From contig DASSII010000100.1 in assembly GCA_035692005.1 (NCBI GenBank), positions 5,554 through 69,553 of the forward strand: a DNA stretch of 64,000 nt, given 5' to 3'. A program made the translations under genes and the position numbers. The DNA is from Candidatus Limnocylindrales bacterium. GTDB lineage: Bacteria > Chloroflexota > Limnocylindria > Limnocylindrales > CSP1-4. Under the pieces are notes generated by a model that saw only the letters and a list, made by a program, of their open reading frames with translations, was not told the DNA's origin and did not search any database. Position 1 is the stretch's first letter; each line of letters starts with the position of its first letter. Below are positions 9,189 to 18,581 of the stretch, piece after piece.

Positions 9189-10181
9189 ATGACCTCCCGG
9201 TTCCGACGCGCGGCCGCCCTGCTGGCCGTCAGCTTCCTCGCGTTCGCCTGTACCACCGGCGGCCCGTCGTCAGCCGTGTCCTCGGGTGCGACGACCGGCT
9301 GTCCCGCGACGCCGCCGCCGACGGGCACGCCGACCGGCTGGGACGTCGCCGCCACCCGTCCATCGGTGTTCCCCCAGATCATCAATCCGAGCGGGGCGAT
9401 CGCCTGTGGCGCCACCCGGCTGATGTTCTCGTTCCTCAACGCCGACAACGTTCCGGTCGCCAAGCCCGACCGATCCGTCGAGGTGGCGCTGTACGACCTT
9501 GGGGCGGACCCGGGCACGGCGCGCATCACCGCCCCGGCGACATTCATCTGGGCGATCGAACCGACGACCGGGGTGTACGTCGTCGATGCCGACTTCCCGA
9601 CCTCCGGCGTATGGGGGGCGGAGTTCCGGACGGCCGTCGGTGACAGCCCGGCCGAGACGATCCGGATGACGTTCGAGGTCCAGCCGACATCCTCGGTGGT
9701 GGCCGTCGGCGACAAGGCGCCCGCCTCGAAGACCCCGACGCTGGCCGACGTCGGCGGCGATGTGGCGAAGATCTCGACCGACAGCCACCCGGTCGCCGCG
9801 TTCTACGAGACGTCCGTGGCCGACGCCCTCGCCGCGCACGAGCCGTTCGTGCTCGTCTTCGCGACCCCCAAGTTCTGCGTATCCGCCCAGTGCGGACCGA
9901 CCCTCGATCGGCTCAAGCCCATCGCGGCGAAGCACCCGAACGTGGCCGTCATCAACGTCGAGCCGTACCAGCTCAAGCTGGTCGATGGCACCCTCCAGCC
10001 CGTGACGTCCGGCGACCCACCGCAGCTGACGCCGGCCGCCGCGACGAACGAGTGGCGCCTGTCGGCGGAACCGTGGGTCTTCGTCGTCGACAAGGACGGC
10101 ATCGTCCGCTCGTCGTTCATGCTCATCTTCAGCGACGCGGAGCTCGAGTCGGCGATCGCGGCGGTCGAACCGGCCTCTTGA
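9189..10181 (+). CDS. Secreted lipoprotein with C-terminal thioredoxin-fold-like domain (TlpA/Sco-like, uncertain)
   Basis: Lipobox-like signal (LLAVSFLAFAC). C-terminal VLVFATPKFCVSAQCGP...VAVINVEPY resembles a redoxin fold, but the Cys spacing is C-x5-C rather than CxxC. Confidence 0.5.
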   Translation: MTSRFRRAAALLAVSFLAFACTTGGPSSAVSSGATTGCPATPPPTGTPTGWDVAATRPSVFPQIINPSGAIACGATRLMFSFLNADNVPVAKPDRSVEVALYDLGADPGTARITAPATFIWAIEPTTGVYVVDADFPTSGVWGAEFRTAVGDSPAETIRMTFEVQPTSSVVAVGDKAPASKTPTLADVGGDVAKISTDSHPVAAFYETSVADALAAHEPFVLVFATPKFCVSAQCGPTLDRLKPIAAKHPNVAVINVEPYQLKLVDGTLQPVTSGDPPQLTPAAATNEWRLSAEPWVFVVDKDGIVRSSFMLIFSDAELESAIAAVEPAS

Positions 10182-10210
10182 TCGACGCCAGGGCACGGAC
10201 GACCGTACCC

Positions 10211-10786
10211 GTGACGTCTCGCGGCCGGCGGGTCGTGCGGCCGCTCGCGGCGCTCGTGGCCGCCTTCGTCACGACCACGGTCGTGGCGACGTGCTCGATG
10301 CTGCCTGCCGGCCAGCCCATCGCCGTCGTGAAGAACGCGCTGGCGGGGATGGCCGCCCACGATCTCGCCGGTGCGGCGTCGCTCGTGTGCGTCGAGCGAC
10401 GTGACCCCAATGACTTCCCGGTCACGCTGTCCGGGATCTTCGAGCCCGTCGGCGCGATGCCGGGGTTCGACATCCCTCGCACGCTGTCCGTGATCGAACT
10501 CGATGTCAGCCGCCTCGTCGTCGCCGAGCGGAGCCGAAGCAAGGACGGCACGACGGCCGAGGTCGCCATCACCGGCGTTCTCGTCGAGCGATTCGACCCA
10601 GCCAAGGTCGAAGCCCTCTTCCGTGCCTACGCGTCCGAGTTCAGCCAGCCGATCGAGCAGGACCTGCTCGACGCGACACTGGCCAACGTGTCGCGCGGGC
10701 CCGTCGAGGTCGAGATCCGGGAGACGGTACCTGTCGTCCAGCAGGACAACGCCTGGCGGATCTGCCCGGCTGGACCAACACCCTGA
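10211..10786 (+). CDS. Hypothetical lipoprotein
   Basis: In-frame GTG at 10211 gives a signal/lipobox (RPLAALVAAFVTTTVVATC). The upstream part of listed ORF 9890..10786 overlaps the previous gene and looks non-coding. Confidence 0.45.
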   Translation: MTSRGRRVVRPLAALVAAFVTTTVVATCSMLPAGQPIAVVKNALAGMAAHDLAGAASLVCVERRDPNDFPVTLSGIFEPVGAMPGFDIPRTLSVIELDVSRLVVAERSRSKDGTTAEVAITGVLVERFDPAKVEALFRAYASEFSQPIEQDLLDATLANVSRGPVEVEIRETVPVVQQDNAWRICPAGPTP

Positions 10787-10843
10787 CGCGCGGTCGGCGT
10801 GCTGGGTCGACCGCCGTTGGTGCACCAGCGCGTCACCGATCGC

Positions 10844-11206
10844 TCAGCGCGGCGCGTCCTCGAGCCGGATCGCCAGCCGGTCGTTGCCCTCGAGCCGGTA
10901 CCAGACCCGGACCGGATCGGCCGTGGCCTGGTGCTCGGCGAGGTGGCCGGGCGGGAACTGGGCACCGTTCGCCAGGGCGCGCAGGTCGAACCGGATCAGC
11001 TCACCGCCGGCCTGGCGAAGCGTGAAGCCGCGAACGTCCCCCAGCCCTTCGGCCTCGACGGCGACGATCACGCCGCTGACCGCGACCGTGCCCGGCGGTC
11101 CGCCGGCGGACGGCGCAGCGCCTCCGGAGAAGAGCGCTGCGGCCCCGGCCAGCACGATGACCCCGATGAGGGCCAGCCCGAACAGGCGCCGTGTCCGCGG
11201 GTCCAT
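10844..11206 (-). CDS. Hypothetical membrane-anchored protein
   Basis: 120 aa with an N-terminal TM helix (LFGLALIGVIVLAGAAALF). Starts 3 nt after the pyrE stop, so it is probably co-transcribed. Confidence 0.5.
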   Translation of the reverse strand: MDPRTRRLFGLALIGVIVLAGAAALFSGGAAPSAGGPPGTVAVSGVIVAVEAEGLGDVRGFTLRQAGGELIRFDLRALANGAQFPPGHLAEHQATADPVRVWYRLEGNDRLAIRLEDAPR

Positions 11207-11209
11207 CGG

Positions 11210-11917
11210 TCAGGAGGTCGCGGCGCCTGGTGCGGCTCCGCCGCTGCCCGGCACGTGGATCGGCTCGCCGGCCGCACAGCCCGGACAGCTGTCCGAGCCG
11301 GGCTCGTAGGTCGGCAGGTCGAGCTGCCACAGGGCCCGCAGCGGGTACGTCCGGCCGGTCGCGGGCGAGCTCAGCGTCGCCCGACCCCCGCTCCGATCGA
11401 CCAGCACCGCGCACTCGACGATGTCACCACCCATCGCCTCGACCGCCGGGATCATCGCCAGGAGCGACCCTCCGGTGGTGAGGATGTCGTCGACGAGCAG
11501 CAGGCGCTCCCCGGGCGCGATCGTGAAGCCGCGCCGGAACTCGCGGCGTGGCGTGGCAGCGGCCTCACTGACCTCCTCGGCGAAGATGCTCCGGACGCCG
11601 AGCTGACGCGCGGTCTCGAAGGCGAGGATGACGCCGCCGGTCGTCGGCCCCGCCACGAGGTCGACGAGGGGATGATGGTCGGGGCCGTCGGCGGCCCGCA
11701 GGCGGGCGGCCCAGAACCCGCACAGCTCGCTCGTGGCGGCCGGGTCCGAAAGCACCGCGAACTTCTCCACATAGGCATCGCCGTGGCGCCCGCTCTTGAG
11801 CTGGAAGTGGCCCTCGCGGACGGCGCCGGATGCTCGAAACAGCTCCTCCGTGCGGCGCGCGATGACCGCCCTGGCGGCCACATCCAGCGCCGGCCTGATC
11901 GTGGTCATGTCGCCCAT
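11210..11917 (-). CDS. pyrE: Orotate phosphoribosyltransferase
   Basis: PRPP-binding motif LLLVDDILTTGGS. GHFQLKSGRHGDAYVEKF is typical of PyrE. Confidence 0.85.
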   Translation of the reverse strand: MGDMTTIRPALDVAARAVIARRTEELFRASGAVREGHFQLKSGRHGDAYVEKFAVLSDPAATSELCGFWAARLRAADGPDHHPLVDLVAGPTTGGVILAFETARQLGVRSIFAEEVSEAAATPRREFRRGFTIAPGERLLLVDDILTTGGSLLAMIPAVEAMGGDIVECAVLVDRSGGRATLSSPATGRTYPLRALWQLDLPTYEPGSDSCPGCAAGEPIHVPGSGGAAPGAATS

Positions 11918-11953
11918 GCTAGCCGGTCGGCGGCGTGGGTCCCGCCGCCACGC

Positions 11954-13084
11954 TCAGGGCCGGTATTCGACGCCCTTCGCCGAGGGCAACCCGGCCTTGC
12001 GCGGCAGGGCGCTGCCGATCAGCTCGCGGTGGGTCGCGTGACCCTGGCCGGCGCACCACGCAGCGAGCTCATCGACGAGGCGGATGGGCAGCGTCGGGTC
12101 GGCGAAGATCGCGGTCCCGACCTGGACCGCCACGGCACCGACGGCCAGGAAGTCGAGGACGTCGGCGAGATCGGTGACGCCACCGATGGCGATGACCGGG
12201 ATGTCCACCGCCTGCGCCGCCTCGTAGACGACCCGCAGCGCAACGGGCTTGACGGCCGGGCCGCTGAGCCCGCCGTAGACGTTGCCGAGCAGCGGACGGC
12301 GGCGGTCCGGGGCGACGGCGATGCCGGACAGCGTGTTGATGGCCGTCAGGGCGTCGGCGCCGGCGTCGGCGATGGCGCGGGCGATCGGCCGGATGTCGGA
12401 CACGTTGGGCGACAGCTTCACGAGGAGCGGCAGGTCGGTCGCCCGGCGGACCGCGGCCGTGACCTCGGCGGCGGCGGCCGCATCGATCGCGAACTGGAGG
12501 CCGCCCTTGCCGACGTTCGGGCACGAGATGTTGAGCTCGATGCCGGCGATGCCGGGGATGCCCTCGAGCCGGCTGACCACGCCGACGTAGTCGCCGACCG
12601 ATTCGCCGGCCACGTTGACGATGACCGGGACACGCCAGCCGGCCCAGGCCGCGGCGTACTTCTGGACGACCGCGTCGACGCCCGGGTTCTGCAGGCCGAT
12701 CGAGTTGAGCATCCCGCCGGGCGTCTCGGTCACCCGCGGCGTGGGGTTGCCGACCCGCGGATGGAGCGTCGTCCCCTTGCAGCAGATCGCCCCAAGCCGG
12801 TCGACATCGACGACGTCGCCGTACTCGATGCCGTAGCCGAACGTGCCCGATGCGACCAGGATCGGGTTCGGCAGCACGAGCCCGCGCCCCAGGTCGACGG
12901 ACAGGTCGACGTCGGTCGGGTCGATCGGCGGGGCCGCGCCGTCGTCAACGCCCGCCGCCGGACGCCGTTCTGCGCTCGCCCGGGTCCGGGCCGGCTCGAT
13001 CGCTGGCCGGCCGCGGTGGACGGTGGGCAGGCGCTTGGCGGCCACGGGACGGCCGCTGGTGATGGCGCGTCGCCTGGCCTTCAT
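11954..13084 (-). CDS. pyrD: Dihydroorotate dehydrogenase, class 1B catalytic subunit
   Basis: Motifs VASGTFGYG, NSIGLQNPG, LSGPAVKPVALR and IGGV are present. The ATG at 13084 overlaps the pyrK stop (ATGA). The start is uncertain, and the N-terminal roughly 55 aa are low complexity. Confidence 0.85.
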   Translation of the reverse strand: MKARRRAITSGRPVAAKRLPTVHRGRPAIEPARTRASAERRPAAGVDDGAAPPIDPTDVDLSVDLGRGLVLPNPILVASGTFGYGIEYGDVVDVDRLGAICCKGTTLHPRVGNPTPRVTETPGGMLNSIGLQNPGVDAVVQKYAAAWAGWRVPVIVNVAGESVGDYVGVVSRLEGIPGIAGIELNISCPNVGKGGLQFAIDAAAAAEVTAAVRRATDLPLLVKLSPNVSDIRPIARAIADAGADALTAINTLSGIAVAPDRRRPLLGNVYGGLSGPAVKPVALRVVYEAAQAVDIPVIAIGGVTDLADVLDFLAVGAVAVQVGTAIFADPTLPIRLVDELAAWCAGQGHATHRELIGSALPRKAGLPSAKGVEYRP

Positions 13085-13950
13085 GTCCAGCCAGACTCCC
13101 AGGCCAGTTCGTCGGCGGCGAACACCGGCCCTTCGCGACAGACCCGTTGCGGGACGCCGCTCGAGCCCATGACCACGCAGCCCAGGCAGGCGCCCACGGC
13201 GCAGCCCATGTTCTGCTCCATCGACACCTGGAGGAAGGCCTTGCGTCGGGCGGCCGGGGAGCCGGAAGGGTCGGCCCTGCCGGCGCCCCGCTTGCGACCG
13301 AGGGTGGCGACCCCGAGCCGCTGCTGCCGTCCGGCCGCCTGCCGCGCGAGGGCCGCCAGCATGCCGGTCGGGCCGCAGGCGAACGCCTGATCGGCCCACG
13401 CCTCGTACGCTGGCACCAGGTCGGTCACCAGACCGTGGTGGCCCAGCGAACCGTCGTCGGTGGCGACCACGTACTCGACCTCGTCAGGCAGCAGGCTCGA
13501 CGGATACACCTCCCGGGCAGTCGCCGCGCCGAACAGCAGCGTTACCTGGCGACCATCGCGGATCGCCTCGTCGGCGAGCATCCGGACGCCGGCCATCCCA
13601 AGGCCGCCCGCGATCAGCAGCAGGTGACGGCTGCGCGGATCGACCTCGAATGGCCGTCCGAGCGGGCCGAGCATGTCGACCGCGTCGCCCGTCCGCAGCC
13701 GGGCGAACCACTCGGTCCCGCGGCCGATCACGCGGAAATGGATGGTGACGATGCCGCTCGTGGCATCGGTCGTATTCAGCGAGAACGGACGACGCAGGAC
13801 GAGTCCCGACAGGTCACCGGCCCGGATGTGGACGAACTGGCCCGCCCGTGACCCGCTCGCCAGGTCGGGCGCGTGATAGGCCTGCAGCCACTGATCGGCC
13901 AGGATCTCGCGGCTGTCGACGAGTTCGGCAGCGCCGAGCCGCATCGTCAC
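13081..13950 (-). CDS. pyrK: Dihydroorotate dehydrogenase electron-transfer subunit (FAD/2Fe-2S)
   Basis: FNR-like fold (RPFSL, LLIAGGLGMAG). C-terminal cluster motif CAVGACLGCV...C. Carries a basic insertion before the cluster. Confidence 0.8.
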   Translation of the reverse strand: MTMRLGAAELVDSREILADQWLQAYHAPDLASGSRAGQFVHIRAGDLSGLVLRRPFSLNTTDATSGIVTIHFRVIGRGTEWFARLRTGDAVDMLGPLGRPFEVDPRSRHLLLIAGGLGMAGVRMLADEAIRDGRQVTLLFGAATAREVYPSSLLPDEVEYVVATDDGSLGHHGLVTDLVPAYEAWADQAFACGPTGMLAALARQAAGRQQRLGVATLGRKRGAGRADPSGSPAARRKAFLQVSMEQNMGCAVGACLGCVVMGSSGVPQRVCREGPVFAADELAWESGWT

Positions 13951-14900
13951 GCGGTCGGACGGCCCTCCGCGTCCTCCTCCTCGTCATCGTCATCGTCGTC
14001 GTCGTCGCCGTCCAGGTCGGTCGTCTCGGCCGCCTCCGATGCTTCGGACCCGGCCTCACTCGCCCCGGCCGAGAAGTCTGGTGCGACGGCCGGAAACGCC
14101 TCGGCCAGCGCGTCCGCGAGGTCGCCGAAGACATCGGTCGGGTCGTAGAACTCGACCAGCTCCTCCGCGCCGGACAGCGTCCGCCATGCGCCGTCGGCCT
14201 CCTCGGGCACGACCTCCGCCCGGAACGAACCGGTCGAGGTCAAGGTCAGGCGCTCGTCATCGTCGTCGACGATGACGAGGTCACCGACCAGGTTGGCCGC
14301 GGTGGCGGCAGCGATCTCGAACTCGTCGAGGAGGCGCGATTCGCTGCGCTGGCTGCGCTCCTGGAACTCGAGCGCGAGGTCGTACAGGCGCCGCGCCGCG
14401 GCCTCGTCGTCGTCGAGCTCGGCCTCGGGCGGCTGTCCCGCCGCCCACGAATCGGCCGCAGCGGCATAGGGATCCTCACCGAGCGTGACCGTCTCCTCGG
14501 GCGAGATGCCGGCCGCCTCGAGCACCTCCTCGCTGCCGGTCGGCACCTCGGCGAACCCGGCCGCCTCGCGAGCCGCCTCGGTGAACGCGCTGTACAGGTC
14601 GGCCGGGTTGTACAGCTCGACCAGCTCCGAGGGTGACTCGATGACCTCGGTCTCGCTCACCCAGTCGCCGGTCAGGTCGTCCAGGTATCGCGTCCGGCTG
14701 CGAAAGGTGCTGTCGGGGGCGATGGCGAGGTAGTCGGGATCCTCATCGATGAGGGTCAGCCCGCCGTACGCGGCGATGCGTTCCTTGTGTCGATCGAGGA
14801 AGCGACGCAGCTGATCGGTCGACTGGGCCAGGAAGTCGGCGCGCTCGAGGGCGGCATCCGATGCGATCTCGCCGAGCAGGTCGTTGCGGCTCGAGTCCAT
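13947..14900 (-). CDS. Highly acidic hypothetical protein with internal duplication and a poly-Asp/Glu tail
   Basis: ATG at 14900 is preceded by GGAGG. Two roughly 100-aa modules each end in ELVE(L/F)Y(N/D)P(A/T)D(L/V). C-terminus is DLDGDDDDDDDDEEEDAEG. Its stop overlaps the pyrK start (GTGA). Confidence 0.6.
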   Translation of the reverse strand: MDSSRNDLLGEIASDAALERADFLAQSTDQLRRFLDRHKERIAAYGGLTLIDEDPDYLAIAPDSTFRSRTRYLDDLTGDWVSETEVIESPSELVELYNPADLYSAFTEAAREAAGFAEVPTGSEEVLEAAGISPEETVTLGEDPYAAAADSWAAGQPPEAELDDDEAAARRLYDLALEFQERSQRSESRLLDEFEIAAATAANLVGDLVIVDDDDERLTLTSTGSFRAEVVPEEADGAWRTLSGAEELVEFYDPTDVFGDLADALAEAFPAVAPDFSAGASEAGSEASEAAETTDLDGDDDDDDDDEEEDAEGRPTA

Positions 14901-14988
14901 GTCTCGCCTCCGTCTGTTCGGTTCGTCGCCGGGTGGCAGGTTCTCTCGTCGGATGCCCATCGCGCTGGTCCTTCTGTGTGCGGCCGGG

Positions 14989-15315
14989 TCAGGGATGGTA
15001 TTCGAGGTTGGGGCCCATGCGTTCGCGCAGGAACATCGAGTGGTGGCGCTCGAAGATCCATTCGCCGGCGCGATGGCCCAGGGCACGCGTGGCTTCGTCC
15101 CGCTCGAGCTTGTCGAGGGTCGCGTAATCGGGCAGGTCCAGGAGGATGACATTGTCGAAGTCCCAGCCGTGGGCCACGTTGTACCAGCCGATGAAGCGGA
15201 TGCCGAAGCGCGCCTCGTAGTCCTTCACCTGACGCGGAAAGATCGTGCGCATGAAGAACTTGAAGAACGGGTCGCGGCCTCGACGGACGGAGAAGTAGGT
15301 CGCGAGCACGGGCAT
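14989..15315 (-). CDS. Hypothetical protein (108 aa)
   Basis: Strong GC3 codon bias and a non-repetitive, globular-looking sequence (FIGWYNVAHGWDFDNVILLDLPDYATLDKLE). No family recognised. Confidence 0.5.
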   Translation of the reverse strand: MPVLATYFSVRRGRDPFFKFFMRTIFPRQVKDYEARFGIRFIGWYNVAHGWDFDNVILLDLPDYATLDKLERDEATRALGHRAGEWIFERHHSMFLRERMGPNLEYHP

Positions 15316-15381
15316 GTCGGCATTGTCGCACGCGCTCCGGCTGCGTCGTGGCGTGCCCGGACCCCGTGCCCGCTGACCGGG

Positions 15382-15777
15382 TCAGGCGCCCGGATGGTCC
15401 TCGCCGGCGTCATCGCCTGCCGTCGCCGCCTCGTCCTCGAGCTCGCCGACCGTCTTGGTCGCGCTGCGCAGCGGCCGCCGACGGCTGCGCCGGTCGGCCG
15501 CCACCAGTCGCAACAGGAAGATGATCGTCTGCCCGGTCGTCAGCAGCAGGCCGATGACCACGAACAGGAGCACGGCGCTGACCGTGTCCGGCCAGCCCCA
15601 GACGACGCTCAGCGGCGTCAGGACGATGAACACCAGCAGCACGGCGAGCTGGAACCTGAAGCAGCCGAGGCCCGGACCACGCTGCGCCTCGAGATCGTCG
15701 CCCTTGTACTGGACGGGCCCGGTCGGGCGTGGTGGACGAGGCGGCGTGGGGTCGGCGTTGGGATCGACGTGGGTCAC
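15382..15777 (-). CDS. Small integral membrane protein (2 TM), hypothetical
   Basis: An in-frame GTG at 15777 gives a protein with two hydrophobic helices (FQLAVLLVFIVLTPLSVVWGW; AVLLFVVIGLLLTTG) and an acidic tail. Confidence 0.4.
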   Translation of the reverse strand: MTHVDPNADPTPPRPPRPTGPVQYKGDDLEAQRGPGLGCFRFQLAVLLVFIVLTPLSVVWGWPDTVSAVLLFVVIGLLLTTGQTIIFLLRLVAADRRSRRRPLRSATKTVGELEDEAATAGDDAGEDHPGA

Positions 15778-15841
15778 GAGCCGCAACGATACGGGACGCG
15801 GCCCGCCAACGCCCGGAGGGCCGCAGGCCGCCCGCGCGGGC

Positions 15842-16384
15842 TCAGGACGTCGGGTCGGTCGCGAGGCCGGTGACGACCTCGACCCCGGGCAGGGACAGCA
15901 GGATGGCCGGCGCGGCGAGCACCTTCCAGGAACGCGACCCGCCGCCGAGCACGATCCGATCACGCTCCAACACGCGCGCATCGACCCAGATCGGCAGGTC
16001 GGGCGGCAGGCCGAAGACGGTCACCCCGCCGATCTCCATCCCGGTGATATCGCGGGTCGCCTCGGCCGGGGCGAACGACGCCTTGCGCGTGCCAAGCCGC
16101 TCACGCACGGTCCGGTTGACGTCCAGCCGATACGGCGCCAGCACGACGCAGGCGGCATAGCGCGGCACATCGCTCTTGCCGATGACGAGGATCGTGTTCG
16201 CCGAATCCTCGGGCGCGAACCCGTAGGCGGCGCAGAAGGCGGCGGTGTCAGCCAGGGCCGGGTCGCAGGCGAACAGCGCATATGGGACGCCGAGGCGATC
16301 GAGCGTGCCGACCATTCGGGCACGCCCCGCGGGATCGTGATCGGGGGCGGGTTCGGGGATCACAGGATCGACGGGTCCGGTCAT
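15842..16384 (-). CDS. YbaK/EbsC-type aminoacyl-tRNA deacylase domain protein
   Basis: ATG at 16384. The sequence (LDRLGVPYALF..., VVLAPYRLDVN, GMEIGGVTVFGLP, IVLGGGSRSWKV) matches the YbaK/ProX editing-domain pattern. Confidence 0.65.
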   Translation of the reverse strand: MTGPVDPVIPEPAPDHDPAGRARMVGTLDRLGVPYALFACDPALADTAAFCAAYGFAPEDSANTILVIGKSDVPRYAACVVLAPYRLDVNRTVRERLGTRKASFAPAEATRDITGMEIGGVTVFGLPPDLPIWVDARVLERDRIVLGGGSRSWKVLAAPAILLSLPGVEVVTGLATDPTS

Positions 16385-16425
16385 GCCACCAAGCGTACGA
16401 CGCGGACCGCTACCATCGGGCGGCC

Positions 16426-18108
16426 ATGACCGATCCGACCGATCCGACCGATCCCGCCATCGCCCGACGTCCGACCGCAGCGCTCGACATCGAGGCGTAC
16501 CTCGCCCGCTTCGAGTGGCATCCCGAGCCGGAACTGATCGGCTACCTCGATGAGGGCGCGTCCCGGGCGTCGATGGAACGACTCGGCCGGCGGACCTGGG
16601 ACGCGGCGCTCGACTTCCTGTACGGCACGGCGGTGACGCGGGCGATGGGCGACCCGTCGCCCTATCCGGAAGCCCGTCGTCGGTTCTTCGCCTCCGATCC
16701 GGCCGGCCCGGCCGAGGGGCCGCGCCGCGCACCGATGACGCCGTCACCCGCCGCCGACGTCCTGGCCGAGTTCTCCACTCGGGTGGCGGGCGGACTGATG
16801 AATGCCCAGCACCCCCGGCAGTTCGGGTACTTCACGCCGCCGCCCCTGCCGATGTCGATCATGGGCGAGCTGCTGGCCCAGGTCGCCAACCAGGGCGTCG
16901 ATGTGTGGCACGCCGGACCGTACGCCGCATTCGTCGAGGAAGAAGTCGTGCGCTGGCTGTGCGACCTCGTCGGTTACGGCGCCGGCTCATTCGGGCTGCT
17001 CACGAGCGGCGGCATCATGGCCAACTTCATGGGCATGACCCTCGCCCGCGACCTGCAGCTGGGGCGCATCCGCAACCGGCCCGGCCCGCCACGCGGCGCC
17101 GACCTCGAGGGCGCCCGGGTCTACACCAGCGACCAGACCCACTTCTCGATCGCCCGTGCACTCGACGAGCTCGGGTTCCCGCCGGCGACCCTTGTGGTGC
17201 TGCCCGCCGACGGTGACTTTCGCCTTCGCGGCGCAACCGTCGCCGACGCCGTCGCCCGTGATCGAGTCGCCGGGCTCACCCCGTTCGCCATCGCGGCCGT
17301 GGCCGGTTCGACCAACACCGGCTCGGTCGACGCCGTCGGGGAGCTAGCTGACGTGGCTGCCGGCGAGGGGTTGTGGCTCCACGTGGACGCGGCGTACGGC
17401 GGCGGCGCGCGCCTGTCCGAGCGTGACCGCGACCGCGTCCCGGACCTCGACCGCGCCGATTCGGTCACAGTCGATCCGCACAAGTGGTTCTTCCAGGCAT
17501 ACGACATCGGCGGCCTGCTGGTGCGCGACGGGCCTGCGCTCGCGGCGGTGTTCGGCGGCCGTGCGCCCGAGTACTACCGCGGCGGCGAGACGACGGCGAC
17601 GTCCACGGCCGGGCCGACCGCGCCCGCGACGGCGACCGCGCCGGACAGCGGCGATCCCGACGACGACGCTCCCGACCACGACGACCAGGCCGGGCAACTC
17701 AACTTCTACAAGCTGGGCTTCGAGGGGACACGCCGTTGGCGTGCGCTCAAGCTGTGGATGACCTGGAAGCACCTCGGCACGACCGGGTTCGGCCGCCTCA
17801 TCGAGGCCAATGACGATCTCGCCGCGTACCTGGCCGAGCGCTGCCGGACCGCGTCGGATTTCGAGACGCTGCCCGATCGGCCCCAGCTTTCGGTCGTCTG
17901 CTTCCGACACCTGCCCGACGGTCGCTCCGGGGCCGCCCTCGACGCCCACCAGGACCGCATCCAGGCGGCGCTCGAGGCGTCGGGCGACGGGTGGCTGACG
18001 ACGACCCGCCTGCGCGGCGCGACGTGGTTGCGCGCCGGGATCGTGAACTACCTCTCGACCGAGGACGATATCGACCGCCTGCTCGACACCCTGCGGCGTC
18101 TCGCCTGA
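16426..18108 (+). CDS. Pyridoxal-phosphate-dependent (group II) amino-acid decarboxylase
   Basis: PLP-lysine motif SVTVDPHKWFFQ, plus TSGGIMANFMGM and HVDAAYGG. Carries a T/P/D-rich insertion. The ATG at 16426 is followed by a 3x 9-nt repeat. Confidence 0.8.
   Translation: MTDPTDPTDPAIARRPTAALDIEAYLARFEWHPEPELIGYLDEGASRASMERLGRRTWDAALDFLYGTAVTRAMGDPSPYPEARRRFFASDPAGPAEGPRRAPMTPSPAADVLAEFSTRVAGGLMNAQHPRQFGYFTPPPLPMSIMGELLAQVANQGVDVWHAGPYAAFVEEEVVRWLCDLVGYGAGSFGLLTSGGIMANFMGMTLARDLQLGRIRNRPGPPRGADLEGARVYTSDQTHFSIARALDELGFPPATLVVLPADGDFRLRGATVADAVARDRVAGLTPFAIAAVAGSTNTGSVDAVGELADVAAGEGLWLHVDAAYGGGARLSERDRDRVPDLDRADSVTVDPHKWFFQAYDIGGLLVRDGPALAAVFGGRAPEYYRGGETTATSTAGPTAPATATAPDSGDPDDDAPDHDDQAGQLNFYKLGFEGTRRWRALKLWMTWKHLGTTGFGRLIEANDDLAAYLAERCRTASDFETLPDRPQLSVVCFRHLPDGRSGAALDAHQDRIQAALEASGDGWLTTTRLRGATWLRAGIVNYLSTEDDIDRLLDTLRRLA
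16429..16455 (+). repeat. Tandem 9-nt repeat (accgatccg x2 plus accgatccc) encoding TDP-TDP-TDP at codons 2-10 of the decarboxylase
   Basis: Read directly from the sequence: atg accgatccg accgatccg accgatccc. Confidence 0.9.
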
Positions 18109-18112
18109 CCGG

Positions 18113-18562
18113 TCAGTGCGCCGCCGACCCGCGCGCCGCGTTGAGCATCCCGCCGACGTGCTCCAGCAGCTTCCAGGCGACCTCGGCGTCGCCGCGCACG
18201 AAGGCCCGGAAGTCCCACATCGTCATGACCATGCAGCGCAGGTCGGTGACGGCGGTGACGGTCGCGGTCCGGACCCGGTCGCTGATCAGGGCGACCTCGC
18301 CGAAGTAGCTGCCGGGCGCGACCCTGGCGACCTCCTGGCCGTTGACCGTCACCACGCCCTCGCCCTCGGCCACGACGAAGAAGCCGATGCCGTGCTCGTC
18401 GCCCTCGCGGACCACGACCGAGCCGGCCGGGAAGGTCCGCTCGGAGAAGTCGCGACCGAGCTGCTCGAGGTGTTTTCGGTCGAGGCCGGACAGCAACGGC
18501 ACTCCGGCCAACAGGTCCGCGATGTCGCTCATGACGGCCTTCCCTCCTGGTGCATCGACCAC
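18113..18562 (-). CDS. Stand-alone cyclic-nucleotide-binding (CAP effector) domain protein
   Basis: 149 aa. cNMP-binding beta-barrel pattern (VVREGDEHGIGFFVV..., YFGEVALISDRVRTATVTA). No HTH or other output domain. Confidence 0.75.
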   Translation of the reverse strand: MVDAPGGKAVMSDIADLLAGVPLLSGLDRKHLEQLGRDFSERTFPAGSVVVREGDEHGIGFFVVAEGEGVVTVNGQEVARVAPGSYFGEVALISDRVRTATVTAVTDLRCMVMTMWDFRAFVRGDAEVAWKLLEHVGGMLNAARGSAAH

Positions 18563-18581
18563 GGCGATGTGTGGGACGCCA

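Noticed and set aside
10799-13390. 863-aa plus-strand ORF across pyrE/pyrD/pyrK
   Set aside because: It is antisense to three genes with unambiguous enzyme motifs. Its composition is dominated by R, G, A, D and P, with no domain signature.
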